Of a DNA stretch of 64,000 bases, positions 8,926 to 16,059 are shown piece by piece. The notes under the pieces were generated by a model, which was given only the letters and a program-made list of their open reading frames with translations, was not told where the DNA came from and searched no databases. Position 1 is the first letter of the stretch; each line of letters starts with the position of its first letter. The translations under genes were made by a program, and so were the position numbers. The DNA comes from a virus (Duplodnaviria > Heunggongvirae > Uroviricota > Caudoviricetes), in the IMG/VR virus record IMGVR_UViG_3300003310_000099, positions 309,405 through 373,404 of that record; one strand, given 5' to 3'.

Positions 8926-9516
8926 ATGAAGATCATTGCTGCCTACAACAAGTACACCAAGGAAGCCTTGACCAACGAACAGCGGGAAGCTGACATGGAG
9001 GCACTACTTGAGGCACATGAAGAAGAAGTGAAAACCAACCCCACATGGAAGTATTTCGGGGGGCATCATCGAGCTAGGCGACCACGAATACCAAGTGTGC
9101 TAAACCTTAGCTGTACTGAGTACAGTGTAACCCCAACACTTGGAGCAAACATGGACAAGCATTTGCAAGAGCGTATCGACCGTTTCGTGCAGGCCGCTGA
9201 TCGGTGCGTGGAAACCTACTGGACGAACAGTGGCTACACCCACATGTCACCGCCCAAACATCGCGCCAACGAGATTAGCGACAAATGGGTGCGAGTTGTG
9301 ACGGTCGAAGAACGCAATGGCGTTTGGCAGGATTCGAGCGTCTACGCCTTCATCTGCCTCAAGGACTATTCGACCAAGGCTTTAGGTCAACTCAAGAAGG
9401 GCGACATTCACAAACCAGCGACCTACAAGGCCGCTGCGAAGCACGCAAGGGGCAACGTGTTCGACAACGATTTTGAGAAGTGCCTGACGCCGTGGGGTAT
9501 CGTCTACTTGAAGTAA
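8926..9516 (+). CDS. Two cassette ORFs joined in frame through motif 9106 (second start ATG 9151)
   Basis: Internal motif + SD GGAG + ATG 9151; GDIHKPATYKAAAKHARGNV. Confidence 0.7.
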   Translation: MKIIAAYNKYTKEALTNEQREADMEALLEAHEEEVKTNPTWKYFGGHHRARRPRIPSVLNLSCTEYSVTPTLGANMDKHLQERIDRFVQAADRCVETYWTNSGYTHMSPPKHRANEISDKWVRVVTVEERNGVWQDSSVYAFICLKDYSTKALGQLKKGDIHKPATYKAAAKHARGNVFDNDFEKCLTPWGIVYLK

Positions 9517-9565
9517 GGGGCAGGGTCGCCCACCCTGCTTAAACCTTAGCTGTACCGAGTAGAGT

Positions 9566-9844
9566 ATGAACAAACAAGAATACGCTGAGTATGAGGCACG
9601 GGTAGCCGAGTTCTTCAGCCACGGTTTGGCTAACTTGTCAACCAAGTCGGATTGCCATGAACCGTTCTTTTCGTGGCGTCCGTGTCAGTGCTGCGGGACA
9701 CACTTAGGCGGCAATCGCTATGAGTGTGACGGGTACAATGAGAAGACAAAGGAAGTCGAAGAGTACGACAACATTTGCGAAGACTGCGTATATTACGCAG
9801 AATACGGGCAGCTTGACGATACCACTATGGCCAATCTGGAGTAA
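9566..9844 (+). CDS. Cys-rich hypothetical phage protein
   Basis: FSWRPCQCCG..GGNR, CEDC; ATG 5 nt after motif 9545. Confidence 0.75.
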   Translation: MNKQEYAEYEARVAEFFSHGLANLSTKSDCHEPFFSWRPCQCCGTHLGGNRYECDGYNEKTKEVEEYDNICEDCVYYAEYGQLDDTTMANLE

Positions 9845-9846
9845 CC

Positions 9847-10020
9847 ATGAAACTCAGCGAAGCTATCCACAAGCTGCAATATACGCTCAATCTCCACGGC
9901 GATAAGGAAATGAAACAGTGGAAGTATAGCGACGGCAAGGTACAGTCTGTGCCCGTCAAGCTGGAAGTAGCCGAAAACCCCGAAGATGATACCATCGGCG
10001 TCATCCTCAGTGCCGAATAA
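9847..10020 (+). CDS. small hypothetical protein (57 aa)
   Basis: Manual translation MKLSEAIHKLQ; stop abuts motif 10022. Confidence 0.6.
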   Translation: MKLSEAIHKLQYTLNLHGDKEMKQWKYSDGKVQSVPVKLEVAENPEDDTIGVILSAE

Positions 10021-10042
10021 CCTTAGCTGTACCGAGTAAAGC

Positions 10043-10222
10043 ATGAACACATCACTTGAAAAGAAGATCAATCATAAGCGGCGTTTGCGTGTGCTGCGTG
10101 AGAGACTTCGCAAGCTGCTGCTCCAATACTACGTTCATTCGGACGCGGGCAAGCTGGAGAAGCATGTTCGTGTGATGAACAAGCTCCGCAAGGCAATCAG
10201 AAAGCTTAGCTGTACCAAGTAG
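10043..10222 (+). CDS. small basic protein (59 aa); reads through the motif (LSCTK)
   Basis: ATG 5 nt after motif 10022. Confidence 0.6.
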   Translation: MNTSLEKKINHKRRLRVLRERLRKLLLQYYVHSDAGKLEKHVRVMNKLRKAIRKLSCTK

Positions 10223-10250
10223 GTTGTAATCACCCTTACTGGAGTCAGCC

Positions 10251-10508
10251 ATGCAAGACCACGTTCTCGACAACTGCCTCATTCATCAGAAAGATGCCAT
10301 TATCGACCTCATCGACAGTGGCAAGCACGATGAGGCGATAACGCTGCTCAAGTTCGTCAAGGAACTGTGGGAAGCCGCGAGCTACGACTACAAGTACAGA
10401 GAACTCAAGGAGCGCGGCGTCAGAGCGGCGGATAACCGAGAGAACTGCCGCCACTGGAAGCACGTCCAGTCACTCACGGCCATTCAGAACAAGTATCGTT
10501 CACTGTAA
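10251..10508 (+). CDS. hypothetical protein
   Basis: Motif 10205 + CCTTACTGGAG. Confidence 0.75.
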   Translation: MQDHVLDNCLIHQKDAIIDLIDSGKHDEAITLLKFVKELWEAASYDYKYRELKERGVRAADNRENCRHWKHVQSLTAIQNKYRSL

Positions 10509-10596
10509 GGGGTGGATAGGGGAGAAAGCCAATCCCCTTATCCTGCTGATACCTTAGCTGTACCTAGTGCAGTATAACCCTTACTGGAGAAGACAC

Positions 10597-10773
10597 ATGA
10601 AGGTTTGCCAGAAGTGCGGGGATGAGATTGGCACCAAGGACGGGGACAACTATTGTGGCAAGTGCCACAAGAAGAAGGATGCGGCCAAGAGACGGAAGGA
10701 ACGGGAAGACGTGTTGCGTAGTTGTGGGTTGGTGAAGGTGCGTGGGGCAATGGGTGGAACCTATTGGGAATAA
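10597..10773 (+). CDS. small Zn-finger protein
   Basis: CQKC..CGKC; GLVKVRGAMGGTYWE. Confidence 0.75.
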   Translation: MKVCQKCGDEIGTKDGDNYCGKCHKKKDAAKRRKEREDVLRSCGLVKVRGAMGGTYWE

Positions 10774-10850
10774 CCCAATAGGTCGCCCAACCCAGCATAG
10801 CTTAGCTGTACCAAGTGCATTGTGACAGTCAAACCCCTGGAGTCAGTGCA

Positions 10851-11207
10851 ATGCGGTATTTCATCAAGTTGGCCAAGAAGAACGACCGTGGCGAACCCGT
10901 CAACACGGGTTGGTATGAAGAGGTGGATGAGTACACGTTCAAGAACGCCAAGTATGCGCTCAACGATTGCGGCGATGGTCCGCGTTACACGAACGACGCT
11001 GTGATGGTGGACGGCGATGAGGTCACTGCACGGTTGGTCGCAGCCCCAATACGGGACTTGGCCATTCTGACGCGATACTTTCAGGCGTCGGAACCGAACA
11101 AGGTGGAAGGCGGTTTCGTCCGCGAGCAACCGAGTATCAAGTTCAACATTCGCGGCAAGATCAAGCTGCGTGAGAAGGACGGTAGCATCTGGAGCAAAGC
11201 AGCGTAA
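10851..11207 (+). CDS. hypothetical protein
   Basis: Motif 10801 + SD. Confidence 0.75.
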   Translation: MRYFIKLAKKNDRGEPVNTGWYEEVDEYTFKNAKYALNDCGDGPRYTNDAVMVDGDEVTARLVAAPIRDLAILTRYFQASEPNKVEGGFVREQPSIKFNIRGKIKLREKDGSIWSKAA

Positions 11208-11256
11208 ACCAACAGGGTCGCCCACCCTGCTTTACCTTAGCTGTACGGAGTGGAGT

Positions 11257-11433
11257 ATGAGCTACCTTCGTCACATGCGGACTACTGCTGAATGCCGCGC
11301 TGAAAGCGGGGCCGAAGAACAAGGCGTCAAGGTGCGTGCGAAGCGTAATCGCCGCAATATCCCCAACGCTTGGGACGACGTGCCTCATGCCCGTCGCCAC
11401 AAGTGCGACCGCCACAAGGATCATCGTCGCTAA
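11257..11433 (+). CDS. small Arg-rich protein
   Basis: ATG 5 nt after motif 11236; RAKRNRRNIPNAWDD. Confidence 0.7.
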   Translation: MSYLRHMRTTAECRAESGAEEQGVKVRAKRNRRNIPNAWDDVPHARRHKCDRHKDHRR

Positions 11434-11562
11434 CGGGCGGGTGTACGGTCTGGCGGCGGGGGCCGTCAGCGTAAGGTAGGCAAACCTACACCGTACACCT
11501 GCCCAAAAGTACAAAGCTTAGCTGTACCTAGTATAGTGTAATCACCCTTACTGGAGACAGCC

Positions 11563-11739
11563 ATGCACGCTACCACCGAACGCAAGAAGTCCAACAAGAA
11601 CGATTTCACCGTCACCACGACGGTCAAGGATCGCGCCATTCACATCCAGACCATCATTATGATGGCAGCAAGGTCCAACCGCGAACCCGATAAGCGCCGC
11701 AAGCTGCGGGAACGCGACGACCGCCGCATGAGGGACTGA
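11563..11739 (+). CDS. small basic protein (58 aa)
   Basis: Motif 11517 + CCTTACTGGAG. Confidence 0.6.
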   Translation: MHATTERKKSNKNDFTVTTTVKDRAIHIQTIIMMAARSNREPDKRRKLRERDDRRMRD

Positions 11740-11860
11740 TGAGCGAACAAGAAATTGCCGACTGGCTCGCAGAACTACGCGAGTCAGTCGGCACCAGACC
11801 CCAAGGATAGCTTAGCTGTACCAAGTAGGTTGTAACCAACACCCTTACTGGAGAGTACAC

Positions 11861-12244
11861 ATGACCGCTACCGTGTCCCTCAGCTGCGAACGCTACTTCC
11901 CCGAAACCAACAAGCGGGGCAAGAATGGCAAGCTGCAACGCATTTGCATCGACGTGCGCAAGATGCAGATTCGCGGCGACTTCATCACCACGACGGGCTT
12001 TGAGGTCAACTACCTCAAGCGGGGCGGCGAATTCCGCTTCTACGTCAAGAGCATCGTCAAGCCTGTCAAGTCGATATGGCAGGAATTGAACACCCGTCCG
12101 CAACCCATTATCCCGAAGTGGGAGCGGGAAGGCAACTACAGTCGGGATGAATTCGTGGCGTGGCTCAAGGCACGCCGTATCCAAAACGCCGAAAGCCTTG
12201 TCATCGCTCTGATGACGATGCCCCCCGAAAACTTGGCAGCGTAG
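11861..12244 (+). CDS. hypothetical protein
   Basis: Motif 11811 + CCTTACTGGAG. Confidence 0.75.
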   Translation: MTATVSLSCERYFPETNKRGKNGKLQRICIDVRKMQIRGDFITTTGFEVNYLKRGGEFRFYVKSIVKPVKSIWQELNTRPQPIIPKWEREGNYSRDEFVAWLKARRIQNAESLVIALMTMPPENLAA

Positions 12245-12323
12245 CCAACAGGGTCGCCCACCCTGCATAGCCCATAGCTTAGCTGTACCAAGTAGAGTGT
12301 AACCAACACTCAGGAGTCAGCAC

Positions 12324-12464
12324 ATGCGGGCCAAACATCGTAACGACCACAATCATGGCAAGAGCGGTTGGGTCGGTGGCAATCCACGTTATGGCCGTAA
12401 ACGTGGCTTCCGCAAGTCCGATCAACCCAAAGACAAAGCCGCCTGGAAACGCGAAGTCAAGTAA
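12324..12464 (+). CDS. small basic protein (46 aa)
   Basis: Motif 12278 + SD AGGAG. Confidence 0.6.
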   Translation: MRAKHRNDHNHGKSGWVGGNPRYGRKRGFRKSDQPKDKAAWKREVK

Positions 12465-12470
12465 GGGGTG

Positions 12471-12500
12471 AGACAGGGGACTGCCAACCCTGTCTTTTTT
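12471..12500 (+). terminator. intrinsic terminator
   Basis: agacaggg..ccctgtct stem followed by a T tract. Confidence 0.7.
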
Positions 12501-12505
12501 CGTTT

Positions 12506-12746
12506 CAACCTAAACTCAGTACAGCTAAGCTTTTACACCTCCATACTGTACAAAGTGCTTCACCTCTCAAATGCGATTAAATGCGTTTTAAGCCACTCTG
12601 AGGTCAAGGTGACTCTCGACCCACTTAACCCATTTGAATCGCTTCTAGGGCCATCCTAGCGTCAGCAAATGGCATCCGCGAATCCAATCCCGAATGTTCA
12701 AAGACCGCACCGAATCCTACCCTAATTAAGCTTAGCTGTACCGAGT
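12506..12746. repeat. Non-coding direct repeat copy A, bounded by outward-facing motif copies
   Basis: Colinear with 14835-15076; shared blocks include aatgcgattaaatgcgttttaagccactct, aggtcaaggtgactctcgaccca, cttctagggccatcctag, gtcagcaaatggcat and aatcctaccctaattaag. Confidence 0.9.
12514..12529 (-). promoter_or_regulatory. Inverted copy of the 16-bp cassette motif
   Basis: actcagtacagctaag is the reverse complement of CTTAGCTGTACTGAGT. Confidence 0.9.
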
Positions 12747-12784
12747 ATATTGTTCTAAACCACCCCATACTGGAGAACACGAAC

Positions 12785-12985
12785 ATGCGTTGCGAAGATG
12801 CCCCGTGCTGCGGTTGCTGCCCGTCCTACTACGATCACGACGCCTACGATGACATGGAGCAGTACGACGACCGCGACGACGCACGGTACGACGACGTTGA
12901 GGAAGACCACATCCTTGAGCAGCAGGAGCTTGAGGACTTCGAGCAGGCCGACGAATACTTCGGCCACTACAACGATTGGGAGTAG
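12785..12985 (+). CDS. small acidic protein with CEDAPCCGCC
   Basis: Motif 12731 + SD. Confidence 0.75.
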   Translation: MRCEDAPCCGCCPSYYDHDAYDDMEQYDDRDDARYDDVEEDHILEQQELEDFEQADEYFGHYNDWE

Positions 12986-13069
12986 GGGGAAGGGGTCGCC
13001 CACCCCTTTATAATAAGTTTACCTTAGCTGTACCTAGTCCAGTGTAACGCTTCTTACTGGAGTGCAGCA

Positions 13070-13555
13070 ATGCTGACCGTCACCGAACTCCGCGACAATC
13101 TGATGGCCCTGAAGGGCGCAGCGATCATCACGATTGAGGCCGAGACGGAGCCTCAGATGCGCAAGACGGATAACCCCTACGTTGGCACCGTCAAGGTGTC
13201 AAGCGTCAACGGCGTCATCAACTGGATTTACGAGATTGCCGTCAACAACCAACGGCTGCGGGAAGACAAGGAAGCAGACTTCGTTGCCTTCCCCCGTAAG
13301 TGGGGCAAACGCATCAAGGGCACCCCACTGGTGGAACACAAAGGCAAGTTCTACCTTGAAATGAAGGTGCAGAGCGCCAAAGCCAAGTACGTTCACGGCG
13401 ATGCCGAGATTGCCGTAAGTGAGCTAATCCCCTACTTCTACGAACGGGGCAAGTCTCGTCAAGGCGTCGATAAGGAAGTCATCCTACGGGACTACGCTCT
13501 TGAGAACATCAAGGGCATTCGCTGGGGTGGCGAACTCATCAAGGTAGGGGCATGA
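13070..13555 (+). CDS. hypothetical phage protein
   Basis: Motif 13023 + SD; 161-aa ORF. Confidence 0.8.
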   Translation: MLTVTELRDNLMALKGAAIITIEAETEPQMRKTDNPYVGTVKVSSVNGVINWIYEIAVNNQRLREDKEADFVAFPRKWGKRIKGTPLVEHKGKFYLEMKVQSAKAKYVHGDAEIAVSELIPYFYERGKSRQGVDKEVILRDYALENIKGIRWGGELIKVGA

Positions 13556-13617
13556 TGCCCTAATTAGGATAGCTTAGCTGTACCTAGTACAGTGTTCCTC
13601 AACCCCTGGAGACGCAC

Positions 13618-13791
13618 ATGACTCTACACTGCATCCTCTGCGGCGAAGAAGCGGCCTTGACGCTGAATCTGCAAGATGGGGAAACCGTGTCTTGTCCCGA
13701 ATGCGGGAACGACTTCACGACCGCCGACGTGAAGGAACGCATCGAAGAGTGGACGCAGGCGTTAGCCTGGATCAACAACATGCCCAAGTAA
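13618..13791 (+). CDS. Zn-ribbon protein (57 aa)
   Basis: CILCG..CPECG; motif 13573 + SD. Confidence 0.7.
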   Translation: MTLHCILCGEEAALTLNLQDGETVSCPECGNDFTTADVKERIEEWTQALAWINNMPK

Positions 13792-13870
13792 TGGGCATGG
13801 TCGCCCTAATTAGGATAGCTTAGCTGTACCTAGTAGAGTGTAATCACCACCACCTTACTGGAGAGTACAC

Positions 13871-14236
13871 ATGGGCGTCCGTCTCTACCCGAACACGACC
13901 AACGCGGCGAAGCTGGAGAAGTTGGCTGGTGTCCCCGAAGGGACGCACAAGCGGATGGAAGACATGGCAAAGCGGCACGCGGAGGAACGCGCTGCGGCCA
14001 CCAACTGGAACGAGTACGAAGACGGCTACCGCCAATGGAAGGAACGGGACAACGACGGTCCTATTGGCGACTTGGACGCCTTCCTTACCTTCGGGTGGGG
14101 CAAGTTCCGCCCAATCGACGGCATCGGGGAGGATTACGCGGGCAACGAGAGCGACCCACAACGGGCCGCGAAGCTGCTCCGATACAACGGTATCGGGGTG
14201 GACGTGAGCCTAACGGAAGGCGTCCACTGGTGCTAG
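13871..14236 (+). CDS. hypothetical protein
   Basis: Motif 13819 + CCTTACTGGAG. Confidence 0.75.
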   Translation: MGVRLYPNTTNAAKLEKLAGVPEGTHKRMEDMAKRHAEERAAATNWNEYEDGYRQWKERDNDGPIGDLDAFLTFGWGKFRPIDGIGEDYAGNESDPQRAAKLLRYNGIGVDVSLTEGVHWC

Positions 14237-14241
14237 TGGAC

Positions 14242-14267
14242 AGGGGGCGAAAGCCCCCTTTTCTTTT
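14242..14267 (+). terminator. intrinsic terminator
   Basis: agggggc-gaaa-gccccct followed by a T-rich tail. Confidence 0.75.
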
Positions 14268-14329
14268 ATACAACCATTACCTTAGCTGTACCTAGTGGAG
14301 TGTCCCCCCTTCACTACTGGAGCCGCACG

Positions 14330-14473
14330 ATGACGCTGAAACAGCAGCTGGAAAAGTTCGATGCGCAGGCCGACACCTACGCCAAGGCCACGAAGGAGCC
14401 TTGGGAGTGCGAGAGCTACGCTGAATGGGTGGCTTCGCTGCCCGAAGAAGAACAACCTTATGAAAATGAGTAA
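14330..14473 (+). CDS. small acidic protein (47 aa)
   Basis: Motif 14281 + SD. Confidence 0.6.
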   Translation: MTLKQQLEKFDAQADTYAKATKEPWECESYAEWVASLPEEEQPYENE

Positions 14474-14555
14474 CACGGGCATCGCCCGCCCTAATTAGGA
14501 TAGCTTAGCTGTACCTAGTAAGTTGTTCCAACCAACCCCATACGGAGACACGCAC

Positions 14556-14801
14556 ATGGCCACCGTCATCGCTTCCAACCTCACCGCCGTTGTCGTCTAC
14601 CGCGTCGAGAAGACGCTGGGGCCGAATGGCCGCGTCAAGCAGCTGACCGACGTGACGATCAAGGCGGGGCCGCTCACGGTCGCCACCAAGACGCTCTGGG
14701 GCCGCTACAGTCAGAGCAAGGCTCTGGTGGAGTTCAAGCGGAACCCCAAGGGCTGGACGGTGCTGGATGCCGCCGCGTCCAAGTTGCCGATTGCGGCCTA
14801 A
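14556..14801 (+). CDS. hypothetical protein
   Basis: Motif 14504 + SD. Confidence 0.75.
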   Translation: MATVIASNLTAVVVYRVEKTLGPNGRVKQLTDVTIKAGPLTVATKTLWGRYSQSKALVEFKRNPKGWTVLDAAASKLPIAA

Positions 14802-14805
14802 CGAG

Positions 14806-14830
14806 AAGGGGGCTTCGGCCCCCTTTTTTT
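14806..14830 (+). terminator. intrinsic terminator
   Basis: aagggggc-ttcg-gcccccttttttt. Confidence 0.85.
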
Positions 14831-14834
14831 ATTC

Positions 14835-15076
14835 CAACCTAAACTCGGTACAGCTAAGTTTTATGTAAAGATTACTGTACATAAGTGCTTCATGGCTAGA
14901 ATGCGATTAAATGCGTTTTAAGCCACTCTAAGGTCAAGGTGACTCTCGACCCATTTGAGCAATCTAAACGCCTTCTAGGGCCATCCTAGTGTCAGCAAAT
15001 GGCATTCGCAAAGGCAAACCCAAGAGGCAAACCGACTGGCCCAATCCTACCCTAATTAAGCTTAGCTGTACCTAGT
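14835..15076. repeat. Non-coding direct repeat copy B, bounded by outward-facing motif copies
   Basis: Same blocks and nearly identical length to copy A (motif-to-motif span 234 vs 233 bp). Confidence 0.9.
14843..14858 (-). promoter_or_regulatory. Inverted copy of the 16-bp cassette motif
   Basis: actcggtacagctaag is the reverse complement of CTTAGCTGTACCGAGT. Confidence 0.9.
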
Positions 15077-15114
15077 AAGTTGTAAGATTCACCCCCCTTA
15101 CTGGAGAGACGGCC

Positions 15115-15438
15115 ATGCACACCAAGGAAAGCATTGCGGCGCTGTTGGCCACGAACGACAAGGCCGTGTATCGCGCTCTGGTGGTGCTGTTCGAGCGGCA
15201 GACCGCCGACGAACGCGACTCGGAGCAGACGAATCACCTCAACGGGATGGGCTTCAACGGGCGGGACGCCAAGTTCGGCACCTCGTTGGCCAAACAGGTC
15301 ATCCGTTGGCAGGACGGGTTGACCAACTACCGAACGCCGTTGACGATGGCGCAGACGAGCGCCGCACGCAAGATGCTCCGCAAGTACGCGGGACAGTTGG
15401 CCAAAGTCGCCAACGAGAAGGCCGCAGTCGGGGTCTAA
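15115..15438 (+). CDS. hypothetical phage protein
   Basis: Motif 15061 + SD; RQTADE..NGMGFNGRDA..KYAGQL. Confidence 0.8.
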   Translation: MHTKESIAALLATNDKAVYRALVVLFERQTADERDSEQTNHLNGMGFNGRDAKFGTSLAKQVIRWQDGLTNYRTPLTMAQTSAARKMLRKYAGQLAKVANEKAAVGV

Positions 15439-15442
15439 GGGG

Positions 15443-15470
15443 AAGGGGGCTTCGGCCCCTTTTTCCTTTT
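15443..15470 (+). terminator. intrinsic terminator
   Basis: ggggc-ttcg-gcccc followed by a T tract. Confidence 0.8.
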
Positions 15471-15563
15471 ATAAGGATTAGCTTAGCTGTACCTAGTACA
15501 GTGTAACGACGACTGGTCTTCATCATATAGTGGCCCTTCCCTCACCCTGTTCTGGAGTCGGCA

Positions 15564-15722
15564 ATGAAGTACGTCTATGGTGACTTGGTGCTGAGTGCGG
15601 TGCATGGCTGCTACGTCCGTGTCAAGGAACAACAGGGCTGCTACTTGGTTGTCATGGATCGCAATACGCTGGTCGAGTTGCCCGACCACATCCACATATC
15701 GCAAGCCACGTTCGCCAAGTAG
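15564..15722 (+). CDS. small hypothetical protein (52 aa)
   Basis: SD CTGGAG after motif 15482. Confidence 0.55.
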   Translation: MKYVYGDLVLSAVHGCYVRVKEQQGCYLVVMDRNTLVELPDHIHISQATFAK

Positions 15723-15727
15723 CATGA

Positions 15728-15766
15728 GATTAGCACTAAGCTATTAGGTATAGCTTAGTGCTAATC
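15728..15766. repeat. Perfect 17-bp inverted repeat at the right end of the cassette array
   Basis: gattagcactaagctat-taggt-atagcttagtgctaatc. Confidence 0.85.
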
Positions 15767-16059
15767 ATATTGAATAGCTTAGCTGTACCAAGTAAGGTGT
15801 AACATAATTAAGAATGGAGAAATTAATTTCAAAAAAGTTTGAAAAAAAGAAAATAAAAAGGAGGGGGCTACCCGCCATACGAGCCTTCTTATACATGAAG
15901 ACAAGAAAAAATTCCACAGGTAGGTTTTCAAATTTCAAATTATAGAAAAAAATTCCCAATTTCGTGTTTCAAAAATTGGGAATTTCAAAATTTTCATTTT
16001 CCGTTATTAGCTCAAAACTTTACCAAAATCCGATTTCCAAAAATAGCATTGCTGGATTT

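Larger units (their letters stand above)
150..12265 (+). repeat. Dispersed hairpin family CAGGGT(T)CGCCCACCCTG downstream of cassette ORFs
   Basis: Copies at about 150, 3898, 4442, 5837, 7818, 8424, 8886, 9521, 11213 and 12249; GCCA/GCCC-loop variants near 5592, 10516, 12471 and 12992. Confidence 0.85.
643..15793 (+). repeat. Array of 39 forward copies of the 16-bp motif CTTAGCTGTAC(C/T)NAGT heading small-gene cassettes (probable phage early promoter and/or recombination site)
   Basis: Copies start at 643,1091,1549,1881,2212,2483,2975,3315,3539,3922,4470,5622,5862,6266,6599,7049,7515,7843,8241,8645,9106,9545,10022,10205,10553,10801,11236,11517,11811,12278,12731,13023,13573,13819,14281,14504,15061,15482,15778. 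Each lies at a gene junction just upstream of a start codon or an SD leader (often CCTTACTGGAG). No full copy seen after 15.8 kb. Confidence 0.95.

Noticed and set aside
12506-15076. IS element or MITE interpretation of the 234-bp repeats
   Set aside because: No transposase or target-site duplication is seen, and the terminal inverted repeats are simply the array motif.
643-15793. Motif array as a CRISPR array
   Set aside because: The repeat is only 16 bp, spacing is hundreds of bp and variable, the intervening DNA is protein-coding with SD sites, and no cas genes are seen.
1516-15959. Many track ORFs sharing LSCT, LAVPS, LGTAK or YLVQLS peptides
   Set aside because: These are translations of the DNA motif in different frames, not a protein family; minus-strand ORFs here lack SD support.
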